A DNA stretch of 59,961 nucleotides, the filler included. It is 4 parts of 4 records of this genome, joined end to end, with 100 filler letters (N's around TTAATTAATTAA, not from the genome) between each part and the next. Parts side by side here need not be neighbours in the genome. Positions count along the whole stretch, not along the records: positions 37,440 to 44,083 come from SRR31156797_2870; positions 44,184 to 59,961 come from SRR31156797_2879; 2 more parts are not named here. One strand, 5' to 3'. Below the pieces are notes generated by a model, which worked only from the letters and a program-made list of their open reading frames with translations, searched no databases and was not told the origin of the DNA. The first letter of the stretch is position 1; each line of letters starts with the position of its first letter. The translations under genes and the position numbers were made by a program. Shown here one piece after another: positions 41,906-51,663 of this stretch.

Positions 41906-42952
41906 TTAATAGCCGAGTTCCTTCTCGGCCGCATCCGTTGCGGCCAGGATTTCGTCGACCCACTTCGGATCGATTTTTTCGCGCAGCCAGGCGATCGCAT
42001 TATCCCGCGTCGCATCCCGGAACTGGCGCTTCTCCTGGTTCGTCGGCGCGTAGATTTCGACGCCTCTTTCCTTGAGGTATTCCATGCCCATGATCTCGTT
42101 CGCCAGAACGAGACCGCGGTTGACCGCCAGCGCCACTTCAGCCGCCTGATGGATCACCGGTTTCAGATCGTCGGGCAGCGACTGATAGAAGGCTTCGCTG
42201 ATGATGACGCTGTTCACCGAATAGACGTGGCCGTCGAGTACGATGTATTTTTGCACTTCCTCGAGCTTCGGCACCAGGAAGGTCGAGATCGCGTTCTCCT
42301 GGCCGTCGACCACACCGGTCTGCAGCGAGGTGTAAAGCTCCGCCCACGGAATCGGCGTCGGCGAGGCGCCGAGGCTTTTGACGATTTCCATGTGCAGCGG
42401 GCTGCTCATGGTCCGGATCTTCAGACCTTTCATGTCGGCCGGCGAGTGGATCACCTTCTTGCTGTTCGAATAATGCCTGAAGCCGCCGTTCTCGCTCCAC
42501 ATGACCGGACGGATGCCGGTCTTGGCGGCCATGTCGTCCATGATTTTCCTGCCGAACGGTCCGTCCAGCACGCGCCAGGCGACTTCGCGATTCAGGAACT
42601 GATAGGGGATCGAGAAGACCTGAATCGGCGGATAGGTGGTGGCCAGATGCCCTTCGCTGGGATCGGATGCCTGGATGATGTTCTGGCGGATCATGTTGAC
42701 GGTCGATTCGATGCCGCCAAGCTGTCCGCCCGGATAGAGCTCAACCTTGATTCGTCCGCTCGAACGCTGCTCGATCTCGCGCGCGAACACAAGGTGGGTC
42801 GTCCAGCCCGGCGTCATGTCGTCGGCCGGGTTGCCGATGGCGTACTTCATCGTGAATTGGGGATCCTGCGCATTTGCGGTCAACGCGCAGGAGACGGATG
42901 CCGCCGCGAGGCCGAGCATCGTCAGACCCTTTGCAAATCCATGAAATGTCAC
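41906..42952 (-). CDS. dctP: TRAP transporter substrate-binding protein
   Basis: YPGGQLG, GFRH, GLKIRTM and LQTGVVDGQEN motifs. GTG start at 42952 after RBS AGGGAG gives a signal peptide. Confidence 0.93.
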   Translation of the reverse strand: MTFHGFAKGLTMLGLAAASVSCALTANAQDPQFTMKYAIGNPADDMTPGWTTHLVFAREIEQRSSGRIKVELYPGGQLGGIESTVNMIRQNIIQASDPSEGHLATTYPPIQVFSIPYQFLNREVAWRVLDGPFGRKIMDDMAAKTGIRPVMWSENGGFRHYSNSKKVIHSPADMKGLKIRTMSSPLHMEIVKSLGASPTPIPWAELYTSLQTGVVDGQENAISTFLVPKLEEVQKYIVLDGHVYSVNSVIISEAFYQSLPDDLKPVIHQAAEVALAVNRGLVLANEIMGMEYLKERGVEIYAPTNQEKRQFRDATRDNAIAWLREKIDPKWVDEILAATDAAEKELGY

Positions 42953-43035
42953 TGTCTGGCACTCCCTGCAACGGTACGGCGGTGCTTTTCCGCAGGCCGC
43001 ACAATTAAAAAAGATTACTTTTTTTGTTCGGTATG

Positions 43036-43076
43036 TTGTATGTAACGTCTTGCATCTTGTATGTAAAGTGCATCTT
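43036..43076. promoter_or_regulatory. Repeated GntR-type operator motifs
   Basis: TTGTATGTAA at 43036 and 43057 (21-bp period) and TGCATCTT twice, in the AT-rich divergent promoter region. Confidence 0.5.
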
Positions 43077-43197
43077 TGCAATAAAGGACACAGCACAGCG
43101 ATCCCGCCACATGGTAGGACTGCTGCACGGGATGACGACGGCAGGCCGCGCAATCGGCGGCGTGCCGGGCGAAGGCAGCGGATCAGGAGATCAACCA

Positions 43198-43908
43198 ATG
43201 ACCGCATGGGCGGGAGTGCATAGCAATATTGAGGAACTCAAACGGCCGCCGTCGCTGACCGCGATGGTGACGGACCAGTTGCGCGACATGATCATCAGCA
43301 ATGCCTTCAGGATGGGCGAGGTGCTTTCCGAAAACCTTCTGTCCTCGCGGCTCGGCGTCAGCCGGACGCCGGTACGCGAAGCGTGCCTGGCCTTGCAGAA
43401 CGAGCGCCTTCTGGAGATCCGGCCGAAGCGGGGCATGGTCGTCTTCACCTGTACGGTCGACCAGATTCACGACATTTGCGAGCTGCGCGAGATCATCGAG
43501 GTTTCGGCGTTGCGCCTCGGCATGAAGCGGGCGCCGGAAAAACTGCTCAGGGACTATCAGTCGGCTTTGAACGCCTGCAATGCCGCGATCGATGCACCTG
43601 GACATTTCCAGTCGGCCGATCACGACCTGCATGCGGTCATCGTCAGGTCATCGGGAAACCCCGAGCTGATCGACGCCTATCACATGGCCTCGGGCCGGGC
43701 CCGAGCATTGCGCTACCGGTATGCCAGGACGACCGAGGAATTCCGCAACTCCCAGGCCGACCACGAGGAGATCTACAGGCTGCTTGTCGCCGACGACTTC
43801 GACAGCGCCGTCAAGGTATTGAGCCATCACGTCTACGGCAGCCTGGAGAAGGTCAAAAAGATCATGGCGGCGGGCGGGCTGGACGACACCGGCACACAGG
43901 TCCAATGA
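43198..43908 (+). CDS. GntR family regulator (FCD)
   Basis: LGVSRTPVREA HTH; RBS AGGAG before ATG 43198. Confidence 0.92.
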   Translation: MTAWAGVHSNIEELKRPPSLTAMVTDQLRDMIISNAFRMGEVLSENLLSSRLGVSRTPVREACLALQNERLLEIRPKRGMVVFTCTVDQIHDICELREIIEVSALRLGMKRAPEKLLRDYQSALNACNAAIDAPGHFQSADHDLHAVIVRSSGNPELIDAYHMASGRARALRYRYARTTEEFRNSQADHEEIYRLLVADDFDSAVKVLSHHVYGSLEKVKKIMAAGGLDDTGTQVQ

Positions 43909-43939
43909 AAATGAAAAAGGCAAGCAGGGGGGGGCGGGC

Positions 43940-44083
43940 GTGAAGATTACGGCTGTACGCATTCGCGAGGTCGAAGGCCGGATGCAGACGGATGGGACGT
44001 TCTGGGAGGAACGCCTTGTCCGCCCGATCGATATCTATCCCGAATTCCGCACGGCGGGAGTCCCGGATTGGGGCGGGGTTCAA
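43940..44083 (+). CDS. Probable enolase-superfamily (mandelate racemase/rhamnonate dehydratase-like) enzyme, 5' fragment
   Basis: MKITAVRIRE...WEERLVRPIDIYPEF N-terminus; only 48 codons visible. Confidence 0.55.
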
Positions 44084-44183
44084 NNNNNNNNNNNNNNNNN
44101 NNNNNNNNNNNNNNNNNNNNNNNNNNNTTAATTAATTAANNNNNNNNNNNNNNNNNNNNNNNNNNNNNNNNNNNNNNNNNNNN
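44084..44183. other. Artificial contig spacer
   Basis: N44-TTAATTAATTAA-N44. Confidence 0.98.
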
Positions 44184-44814
44184 CCAGACCTGGAGAGCCA
44201 GAGACTACTACCTGCAGGGTAAGATGGCCATGTTCTACTACTCAACCTACATCATGGACGACCTGTCCATCGCCGAGGTGGCCGCTTCATCCCTCTCTTC
44301 CGAAAACTTCGCCGACCTGGAAGGCGCCGAGTTTGACGCGGACCTGGTCAACAAGACCGGATTCGTCTCCACCATCACCAACACCGAGTCCACCGGTTAC
44401 GGCGAGATCATGACCCTCAGCGTTCTGAACTCCGACGATGCCGCCAGAACCGCGGCCGCCCAGAGGCTGGCCGCCTACTTCATGGACGCGGACAACTATG
44501 TGAAGTACCTCCATATCCAGCCCGGCGGACTGCTCGCCACCAAGACCGCTACCCTGGAAAGCCCCGAGTTCATGGACGATCCCAAGGGCGTTTACGGCCG
44601 CTACGGAAAGGACAAGATCATGGAGATCGCCGGCGGTCTCGGAAACATCCAGGACTTCCTGAAGAAAGACGGCGTCGTATTCGCCGACTCTTCCACCATC
44701 CTGTCCAAGAACATCCTGGCCCAGATGCTCTACAACGTAACCATCGAGGACAAGGATGTGGATGCGGAAATCGCAGCCGCTGAGAAGGAGATAGAAAGGC
44801 TTCTCGGAAACTAG
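44184..44814 (+). CDS. Sugar ABC transporter SBP (YcjN-like), 3' fragment
   Basis: GKMAMFYYSTYIM, YLHIQPGG and C-terminal helix; upstream of two CUT1 permeases. Confidence 0.78.
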
Positions 44815-44842
44815 CCGCGCCTCCCCCCGACGAGAGGATAGG

Positions 44843-44869
44843 GAATGCCGCCTGGGGCGGCATTCTTCC
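44843..44869 (+). terminator. Hairpin after the SBP gene
   Basis: GAATGCCGCC-TGG-GGCGGCATTC followed by pyrimidines. Confidence 0.55.
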
Positions 44870-45024
44870 TTCCAAGCCCCTGCGGAACGAGCGCTTTGAA
44901 GCCGCCGCCCCAGGGAGGGGGCAGCGCCCCCCGGAAAGACCCATACCCCTGAAACCGGGCCCTGCCCGGTCAGGAGAAGAGCACCGTGGCTCCGTTCGAG
45001 ATACGGTGGACAAGGAGATATCAC

Positions 45025-45894
45025 ATGAGCATTGGGTTGGCCAAAAGACAGGATGAGAGAATGGCATGGGCCCTGGTCGCCCCCGCCGTGCTGGTCGTAG
45101 GAGTTCTGATCGCCTACCCGACCATACTGAACTTCATCCTCAGCTTTTTCGACGTAAACCTGGACGGAAGCAAAGAATTCGTCGGCGCTTCCAACTATAA
45201 AAACCTTCTTACGAATCCCGCGTACTACAGCTCCATCTGGACGACCTTCCTTTTCCTGGTCGGTTCCGTGGCGGGTTCAACATTGCTGGGGCTGGGCACG
45301 GCCCTCCTGATGAACAGGGAGTTCCCCTTCCGTTCCATCGTGAGAACCCTGATCATCCTGCCCTACTTCGCCCCGGTTATCTCCATGGTGTTCGGCTGGC
45401 AGTTTATCTTCGATCCCGTCAACGGTATATTCAACTTCGTGTTTGCCGATCAGCTTCATCTGATCAGCCCCGACACCAACCTGATAGGCGATCCCGGCTC
45501 GGTGCTCTGGGTGCTGATCGCCTTTACCACCTGGAAGTACTTTCCCATTACCTACCTGCTGATCCTCTCCCGGCTTCAGCTGATAGACAAGAGCATGTAC
45601 GAGGCGGCCAGAATCGACGGCGCCAACGCCTGGCACTGCTTCTGGAACATCACCCTGCCCGAGATAGAGTTCGTACTGGGGACCACCATCCTCCTGAGGA
45701 TCATCTGGAACCTGAACCGCTTCGAGGACATCTACCTCCTCTCCCCCCAGATCAAGACCCTCTCCGTATTCACCTACGAACAGGCCTTTACGGGGGTGAT
45801 CGACCAGGGGCTCGCGGCCTCGGCGGCCTTTATCCAGCTCTTCCTGGCCGGCATCGGCATCATCTACTACATAAAGAAAGTACTGAAGTGGTAG
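45025..45894 (+). CDS. Carbohydrate ABC transporter permease (YcjO-like)
   Basis: EAA loop MYEAARIDGA...ITLP; RBS AAGGAG. Confidence 0.93.
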   Translation: MSIGLAKRQDERMAWALVAPAVLVVGVLIAYPTILNFILSFFDVNLDGSKEFVGASNYKNLLTNPAYYSSIWTTFLFLVGSVAGSTLLGLGTALLMNREFPFRSIVRTLIILPYFAPVISMVFGWQFIFDPVNGIFNFVFADQLHLISPDTNLIGDPGSVLWVLIAFTTWKYFPITYLLILSRLQLIDKSMYEAARIDGANAWHCFWNITLPEIEFVLGTTILLRIIWNLNRFEDIYLLSPQIKTLSVFTYEQAFTGVIDQGLAASAAFIQLFLAGIGIIYYIKKVLKW

Positions 45895-45907
45895 GAGGAG
45901 AGAAGAA

Positions 45908-46870
45908 ATGAATAACAATGCTGTGAAAAGAGTAATAGGAAAGGCATTCTTCGGCCTGGCGGTGGTCGCCATCGTCACCTTCTGCCTCTTCCCTTTCCTG
46001 CAGATCCTCTCGGTATCGGTCAAGGATATCCATGACATGGCCAACCCCTCCCTGATCCCCAGGAAGATCCACCTGGACTCCTACAAGGAACTGCTGGGAA
46101 TGAAGCCCATCAACGCCGTGCAGAACGAAGCGATACAGGCCATCGTGGACAACCCCAAACTGACGGAAGAGCAGAAGAACATGCTTCTGGAGAAGTACCA
46201 GAACAAGAACCCCTTCCCCTTCCCCCGCTACATGCTGAACTCCTTCCTCCTGTCCATCGGGGCGACCCTGTTTTCCATGACCCTGGCCGTCTTCGCCGCC
46301 TACGCCCTGGCCAGGCTGGAGTTCAGAGGACAGACCATACTGAGAAGGGGCACCCTCTTCGTCTACCTGCTGGGCGGCGTTATCCTTATGGTCCCCCTCT
46401 ACCAGATGGGAACGGCCCTGGGGCTGACCGGCTCCCCCGTGGGCGTCTTCTTCTTCATGGTGCTGATCTACATCATGCAGACCCTGCCCCTGGCCCTCTA
46501 TATGCTGGGCAACTACTTCCGCGGCATATCCACATCCATAGAGGAGGCGGCCCTGATCGACGGCTACGGAAGAGTCAGCATCATCCTAAGGATCATCGTG
46601 CCCCTCTCGCGGCCCGTCCTGATCACCGTATTCGTCTACTGCTTTATCATCGCCTGGAACGAATACCTCTACGCGTCGGTATTCCTGAAGCCCTTTAACG
46701 ATATGCGGACCCTGTCCGTCGCCATCCAGGCCCTGTTCCATTCCAAGAACAGTATCTGGGACAGGATCATGGCCGCCTCCACCCTGACCCTGGCGCCGGT
46801 CATCCTGTTCTTCTTTATGCTTGCCAGGAACATGGTTTCCGGACTGTCCGACGGCGGTGTGAAGGGCTGA
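45908..46870 (+). CDS. Carbohydrate ABC transporter permease (YcjP-like)
   Basis: IEEAALIDG, FVYCFIIAWNEYLYAS and terminal GGVKG. Confidence 0.93.
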   Translation: MNNNAVKRVIGKAFFGLAVVAIVTFCLFPFLQILSVSVKDIHDMANPSLIPRKIHLDSYKELLGMKPINAVQNEAIQAIVDNPKLTEEQKNMLLEKYQNKNPFPFPRYMLNSFLLSIGATLFSMTLAVFAAYALARLEFRGQTILRRGTLFVYLLGGVILMVPLYQMGTALGLTGSPVGVFFFMVLIYIMQTLPLALYMLGNYFRGISTSIEEAALIDGYGRVSIILRIIVPLSRPVLITVFVYCFIIAWNEYLYASVFLKPFNDMRTLSVAIQALFHSKNSIWDRIMAASTLTLAPVILFFFMLARNMVSGLSDGGVKG

Positions 46871-46981
46871 TAAAAAAAACGCTCCTCCCGGCTCATCACC
46901 GGAGGACGGCCTGTATAATTAAAAAAGGGGATAAAAGGAGATGACCTCAGTTTAGGTAAAATCTCAAGGAGAATCATTTCT

Positions 46982-49816
46982 ATGGAAAAGAAATTCACAG
47001 CCCATATTCTTTCGCATACCCACTGGGACAGAGAGTGGTATCTGAACAGTCCCTATACCAACGAATGGCTGATTCCCTTCTTTGACGGCCTGTTCGCCAT
47101 GCTGGAGGAGGAACCCGACTACAAGTTCATCCTGGACGGCCAGATGTCCATGATCGAAGACTACTTGGAAGAGCTGTCCAAAAAAGGCATGTCCGTATCC
47201 GACGCCAGGCGCCGGATCAGGGGACATGTGGAGAGAAAGGCCCTCTCCATCGGGCCCTACTACCTGCAGCCCGACTGGCAGCTCCTGAGCGAGGAGTCTC
47301 TGGTCAGGAACCTCCTGATAGGAGGGAAGCTGGCGGAAGGGCTCGGGGGCGGCATGAAATCGGGATGGCTCCTGGACAACTTCGGCCAGATATCCCAGAC
47401 CGCCCAGATCCACAAACTGGCGGGAATCACCGGTCTCTTCGTCTGGAGGGGCGTGGCCATGGACCCGGAGGAGGTGAAGCACGAGTTCATCTGGGAGGCT
47501 CCCGACGGAACCCGGCTCCTGTCCATCTACCTGCTCAACAGCTATCGGAACGTCATGCGTCTGGCGGAGTACAGCGATCTGATGAACGACAGGATGGACG
47601 CCGAGGTGGAGAAGCTCAAACCATTCCTGAGCACCAGCAACATCCCGATGATGAACGGATACGATCAGGAGATGGTTCCCGACGACATCCAGCCCTATAT
47701 CCGGAGCGGAAAACTGGACGGAAGGGATTACAGAACCATCCAGAACGACCCGGACAGCTTTGTCAAGGCGGTCGCCCATGAGAATCCCGACCTTCCCGTC
47801 CTGAAGGGAGCCCTCTATAACGGCCGCTTTATCTCGGTCTTCCCCGGGGTCATGTCCGCCCGCATGTACCTGAAGATCCAGAACGATCAGATGCAGAAGC
47901 TGATGGAACAGCGGGTGGAGCCCATCTCCCTGATGGCCAGCCAGCTGGGAGACGACTACGGCAGGAGCCAGATCGACTCGGCCTGGAAGCTGCTGCTGAA
48001 GAACCATCCCCACGACAGCATATGCGGCGTGTCCATAGACGATGTCCACAAGGATATGGAAAACCGGACCCGCCAGGTCCATCAGCTGGGCACAGCCCTG
48101 CTGGAGGACAGGCTCTCCGTTCTGGCCGGCGCCGCCGACAGCTCGTCCTGCGAGGGAGACGAGGCTCTTGTGGTCTTTAACTCGCTGATGAAGAGAAGGG
48201 ACGCTGTGGTCGAATACAAGGGGCGGACCCGATTCGTAAGGAATATACCCGCCATGGGCTTCAAGGTCGTCAGCGAAATAGAGACCCCCGCCGATACGGT
48301 GACCGCCGATACGGCCGGCGCCGAAAACGGCCTGATAAAGATCAGCATGAACGCCAACGGCTCCTTCGACCTGACCTTCAGGGAAACGGGAAAGGTCTAC
48401 AGAAACCAGGGGCTTCTGGAGGACATGGGAGACTCGGGAGACGAGTATAACTACTCCTACCCCCATAAGGACAGGCGCTTCACCACTGAGAACACGAAGG
48501 CCGAGATAAGGCTGATCCGAAACAGCCCCTGGGAGGCCTGCTACCGCGTCTCCTATACCATGGAGCTGCCCGTTTCCGATGTGAACGGACACAGAGAAAG
48601 AAGCGGCGAGACCCTGCCCCTGCCCGTGGTCAGTCATATCACCGTAGAGGCCGGCTCTCCCGTCGTGAAGTGCCGCACCAGCCTGAAGAACACTGTGCGG
48701 GACCACAGGATCCGGGTGCTCTTCCCCAGCGGCATCGACGCGGAGACCTGCTACGCCGCCAGCCCCTTCGACATCACAGAGCGTCCCGTCCATATCGCCG
48801 ACTACGACGAAAGCGAGATCCCCGAACACGTCCGCAGGGTCATCGTGGGCGCCCGGGAGGCCAGGCCCTCTACCTACTTCCACACCCGGGAGTACCTGGA
48901 CCTGAACACGGGAGACCAGGGCCTGGCCGTTTTCAACAAGGGCCTGCCCGAGTACCAGATCATCGAAACCGGCACGGTCGCCCTGACCCTCTTCCGCTCG
49001 GTGGGATGGATCGCCAAGAAGATCAACACCAGGCTGGGAGACGCCGGCCCCGAGATCTACACCCCCGACGCCCAGTGCCTCAGGGAGATGAGCTTCGAAT
49101 ACGCCGTATGCCCCCACAGCGGAGACGCCTACTCCGGCGTCAGCGCCCTGGCGGACGACTACAACAACGACGTGATCGCCGTGACCACGGACATCCACAG
49201 GGGTTCGCTGGGTACCGAGAAGTCCTGGCTCTCCCTGGACCGGGACAGCGCCGGCTGCGTGAAGATCACCGGCATCAAGCGCAGCGAGGACGGCGGGGCT
49301 CTGATCGTCCGGGGAGCCAACCTCTCCGACAGGGCCAGCGACCTGACCATCAGCACCGCCTGGCAAAGCGGCGGGGCCTCCCTGGTGAATCTACTGGAAG
49401 AGGAGACGAGCCCTCTGCCAATAGAAAACGGAAGGGTAGGCTTTCCCGTAAAGTCCGGGGAGATCTTCACCCTGAAGATCGAAGTGGAAAAAGAAGGGGC
49501 CCCTGCGGTACGCCCCGCGCCCGTAATCCTTGAGGTCCCTGAACGAAGGGAAGACTTCGACGCCTATGAAACGGCCTTCTATGTCACCGATGAGGATATA
49601 TCCTCCGAGAGGGAGAGAGCCGACGCTCTGAAAGAGAAGATCGAAGATCCCATGTGGAGGCGGACGGCCCTGGAGGCCCAGCTGTCGGTGATCCTGTCGC
49701 GCCACAGAAAGGACGAGGTGAAGATCCGCGAACTGGGATACGGACTCAACGAGGCCCGTGTCCACCGGCGGATCCACGACTATCTCAATGCGAATTTTCC
49801 CACAGGCAAGGACTGA
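46982..49816 (+). CDS. GH38 alpha-mannosidase (MngB-like), cytoplasmic
   Basis: HTHWDREWY, LDGQ, IGPYY.QPD, DNFGQ, HDSICG.S.D and GDEYNYS motifs. Confidence 0.92.
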   Translation: MEKKFTAHILSHTHWDREWYLNSPYTNEWLIPFFDGLFAMLEEEPDYKFILDGQMSMIEDYLEELSKKGMSVSDARRRIRGHVERKALSIGPYYLQPDWQLLSEESLVRNLLIGGKLAEGLGGGMKSGWLLDNFGQISQTAQIHKLAGITGLFVWRGVAMDPEEVKHEFIWEAPDGTRLLSIYLLNSYRNVMRLAEYSDLMNDRMDAEVEKLKPFLSTSNIPMMNGYDQEMVPDDIQPYIRSGKLDGRDYRTIQNDPDSFVKAVAHENPDLPVLKGALYNGRFISVFPGVMSARMYLKIQNDQMQKLMEQRVEPISLMASQLGDDYGRSQIDSAWKLLLKNHPHDSICGVSIDDVHKDMENRTRQVHQLGTALLEDRLSVLAGAADSSSCEGDEALVVFNSLMKRRDAVVEYKGRTRFVRNIPAMGFKVVSEIETPADTVTADTAGAENGLIKISMNANGSFDLTFRETGKVYRNQGLLEDMGDSGDEYNYSYPHKDRRFTTENTKAEIRLIRNSPWEACYRVSYTMELPVSDVNGHRERSGETLPLPVVSHITVEAGSPVVKCRTSLKNTVRDHRIRVLFPSGIDAETCYAASPFDITERPVHIADYDESEIPEHVRRVIVGAREARPSTYFHTREYLDLNTGDQGLAVFNKGLPEYQIIETGTVALTLFRSVGWIAKKINTRLGDAGPEIYTPDAQCLREMSFEYAVCPHSGDAYSGVSALADDYNNDVIAVTTDIHRGSLGTEKSWLSLDRDSAGCVKITGIKRSEDGGALIVRGANLSDRASDLTISTAWQSGGASLVNLLEEETSPLPIENGRVGFPVKSGEIFTLKIEVEKEGAPAVRPAPVILEVPERREDFDAYETAFYVTDEDISSERERADALKEKIEDPMWRRTALEAQLSVILSRHRKDEVKIRELGYGLNEARVHRRIHDYLNANFPTGKD

Positions 49817-49986
49817 CGATCAGGCTGAGAGGCTGTGGGAATTTCTCCTTTGTTCCGGCCGGGGGCTCCGTTGGGGTCTCCGGCTCTCTCTATGAATTCA
49901 TGTTTTATAAAAAAGTCGGGCAGCCTCCCTGTCGGTCAGACTGCCCTTCATCATTTTTTAAATGGGAAATAATTACATAGCTTATA

Positions 49987-50670
49987 TCAAGACAGTTTCA
50001 TACGCTCCAGCATGTCCCCCAGATAGTCCAGAGAGACATGCACCCGCTCTTTCAGAGCCTCCGGCAGAAGCTCCCTGACCCGGGCCATGGAAATCTGAGA
50101 GTAGATAAGGACGTCATGGGTATCCAGAAGGCGCTCCGTCTCGGCAATGACCTCACGGTCATGGGCCTTCGCATCACCGGCCTGGAGCGCTTCAAAGGCC
50201 CCGCGACAGATATGGATGGGCGTTTTGACGGACAGGCCCAGGCCCTCCTCCGTCTCCCTGGCGATCAGATCGGCGGGAGATTCGTTTGTGGGATTGGTCA
50301 TGAGAACGGCCGGCCTGGAACAGCCGCCCAGCACCCTCCGGTACATCATCTCGTCTACCCGCAATACGGGAATAGAACTTTCCCTGTTCACACTCACTGC
50401 GGCGGGCGACCAGGAGCTGCAGGTAACGATAGCCGCTCCGGCCTCGGCCCTGACGACCTTATCGACCACATCCTTCAGCCAGGGAACAGAGAGCTCATCG
50501 CTGTTCCCGTCCTTCATCATCCGGTAAAGGAATGCCTCGTCCAGCATATGGAAAAAATCATACCTCCTTTTCAGAGGCTCAAGTGCCTTCTCCACAGCAG
50601 GCAGTACCAGGGGGGTCGTATGGATAAGCGCTATCCTTGCTTTAGGGTCACTCATCCGGAGCATCTCCAT
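49987..50670 (-). CDS. Asp/Glu/hydantoin racemase superfamily protein
   Basis: LIHT, TCSS, LRVDE, GAFEAL..GD...HD and SQISMA motifs; start uncertain (50685/50670/50655). Confidence 0.72.
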   Translation of the reverse strand: MEMLRMSDPKARIALIHTTPLVLPAVEKALEPLKRRYDFFHMLDEAFLYRMMKDGNSDELSVPWLKDVVDKVVRAEAGAAIVTCSSWSPAAVSVNRESSIPVLRVDEMMYRRVLGGCSRPAVLMTNPTNESPADLIARETEEGLGLSVKTPIHICRGAFEALQAGDAKAHDREVIAETERLLDTHDVLIYSQISMARVRELLPEALKERVHVSLDYLGDMLERMKLS

Positions 50671-50727
50671 AAGAACCGGCAACAAACTGCATACTATCCA
50701 TTATACTCCCCCTTCGCCCATAAGGCA

Positions 50728-51663
50728 TCAGCCCTTAGCGGCCTTCAATTCTTCAGCGGCTGCCACGATGGCCGCCGCGGAGATTCCGTACTTCTCCAGC
50801 AGCGGTTCATAGGGACCGGATTCGGTAAAACAGTCGGCCACCCCTACGAAGCCCATGGGCACGGGTCTCTTCCTAATCAGAACTTCGGCGACCGCTCCGC
50901 CCAGGCCGCCCTTTACGGAGTGCTCCTCAACTGAGAGAAAGCAGCCGGTTTTTCCGACCGAAGCCAGTACGGCTTCCTCATCCATAGGCTTGATGCTGCC
51001 CATATCGAGGACCTCCGCCCTGACACCCTTTCCGGCCAGGGCTTCCGCAGCCTCCGCAGCCATGGGCAGGGTGATGCCGCAGGCGCCGATGGTCACATCC
51101 TCGCCCTCCCGGACAACCGAAGCCTTTCCGATCCTCAGGGGAGCCTTGCCCTCCATCAGGGGACTGGGATTCCGGCACATCCGGATATAAACGGGACCGT
51201 CGATGCTCAGGGCCTCTTCCAGAACGGCGGCCACATCATTGGCGTCGGCAGGAGCCAGAACCGTCAGGTTGGGAAAGGCCCTCATAATGGCCAGGTCCGT
51301 GAGGGACTGATGGCTGGCTCCGTCGAAGGAATCGGACAGCCCTGAATACCCCCCGGCGATGATGACATTCAGCTTGTTGTAGCAGACCACGTTCCGCACC
51401 TGGTCGGTCGCCTTGAGGGCCAGAAAGATAGCGAAGGCGCTGACCACGGGACGGTATCCGCAGGTCGCCATTCCGGCGGCCACATCCACCATATTGGCTT
51501 CTGCCACGCCCATATTGAAGAAACGGTCGGGATAGGCCTTCCCGAACAGGCCGCTTCGGGTGCTGGAGGACACATCCGCGTCCAGCACCATCAGTTTGTC
51601 ATTGGTCTTGCCTATCTCCACCAGCGCGGCGCCGAAGGCATCTCTCATTCCTTTGTATTCCAT
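50728..51663 (-). CDS. Transketolase, C-terminal (pyrimidine-binding) subunit
   Basis: GVAEANM, DGASHQ, GPVYIR and EEHS...GGLG motifs. Confidence 0.93.
   Translation of the reverse strand: MEYKGMRDAFGAALVEIGKTNDKLMVLDADVSSSTRSGLFGKAYPDRFFNMGVAEANMVDVAAGMATCGYRPVVSAFAIFLALKATDQVRNVVCYNKLNVIIAGGYSGLSDSFDGASHQSLTDLAIMRAFPNLTVLAPADANDVAAVLEEALSIDGPVYIRMCRNPSPLMEGKAPLRIGKASVVREGEDVTIGACGITLPMAAEAAEALAGKGVRAEVLDMGSIKPMDEEAVLASVGKTGCFLSVEEHSVKGGLGGAVAEVLIRKRPVPMGFVGVADCFTESGPYEPLLEKYGISAAAIVAAAEELKAAKG

Noticed and set aside
46964-49366. 800-aa antisense ORF, plus other long alternative ORFs (39980-41905, 40243-41559, 41756-43045, 56949-58706)
   Set aside because: Shadow frames of well-supported genes in GC-rich, codon-biased DNA; no recognisable motifs.
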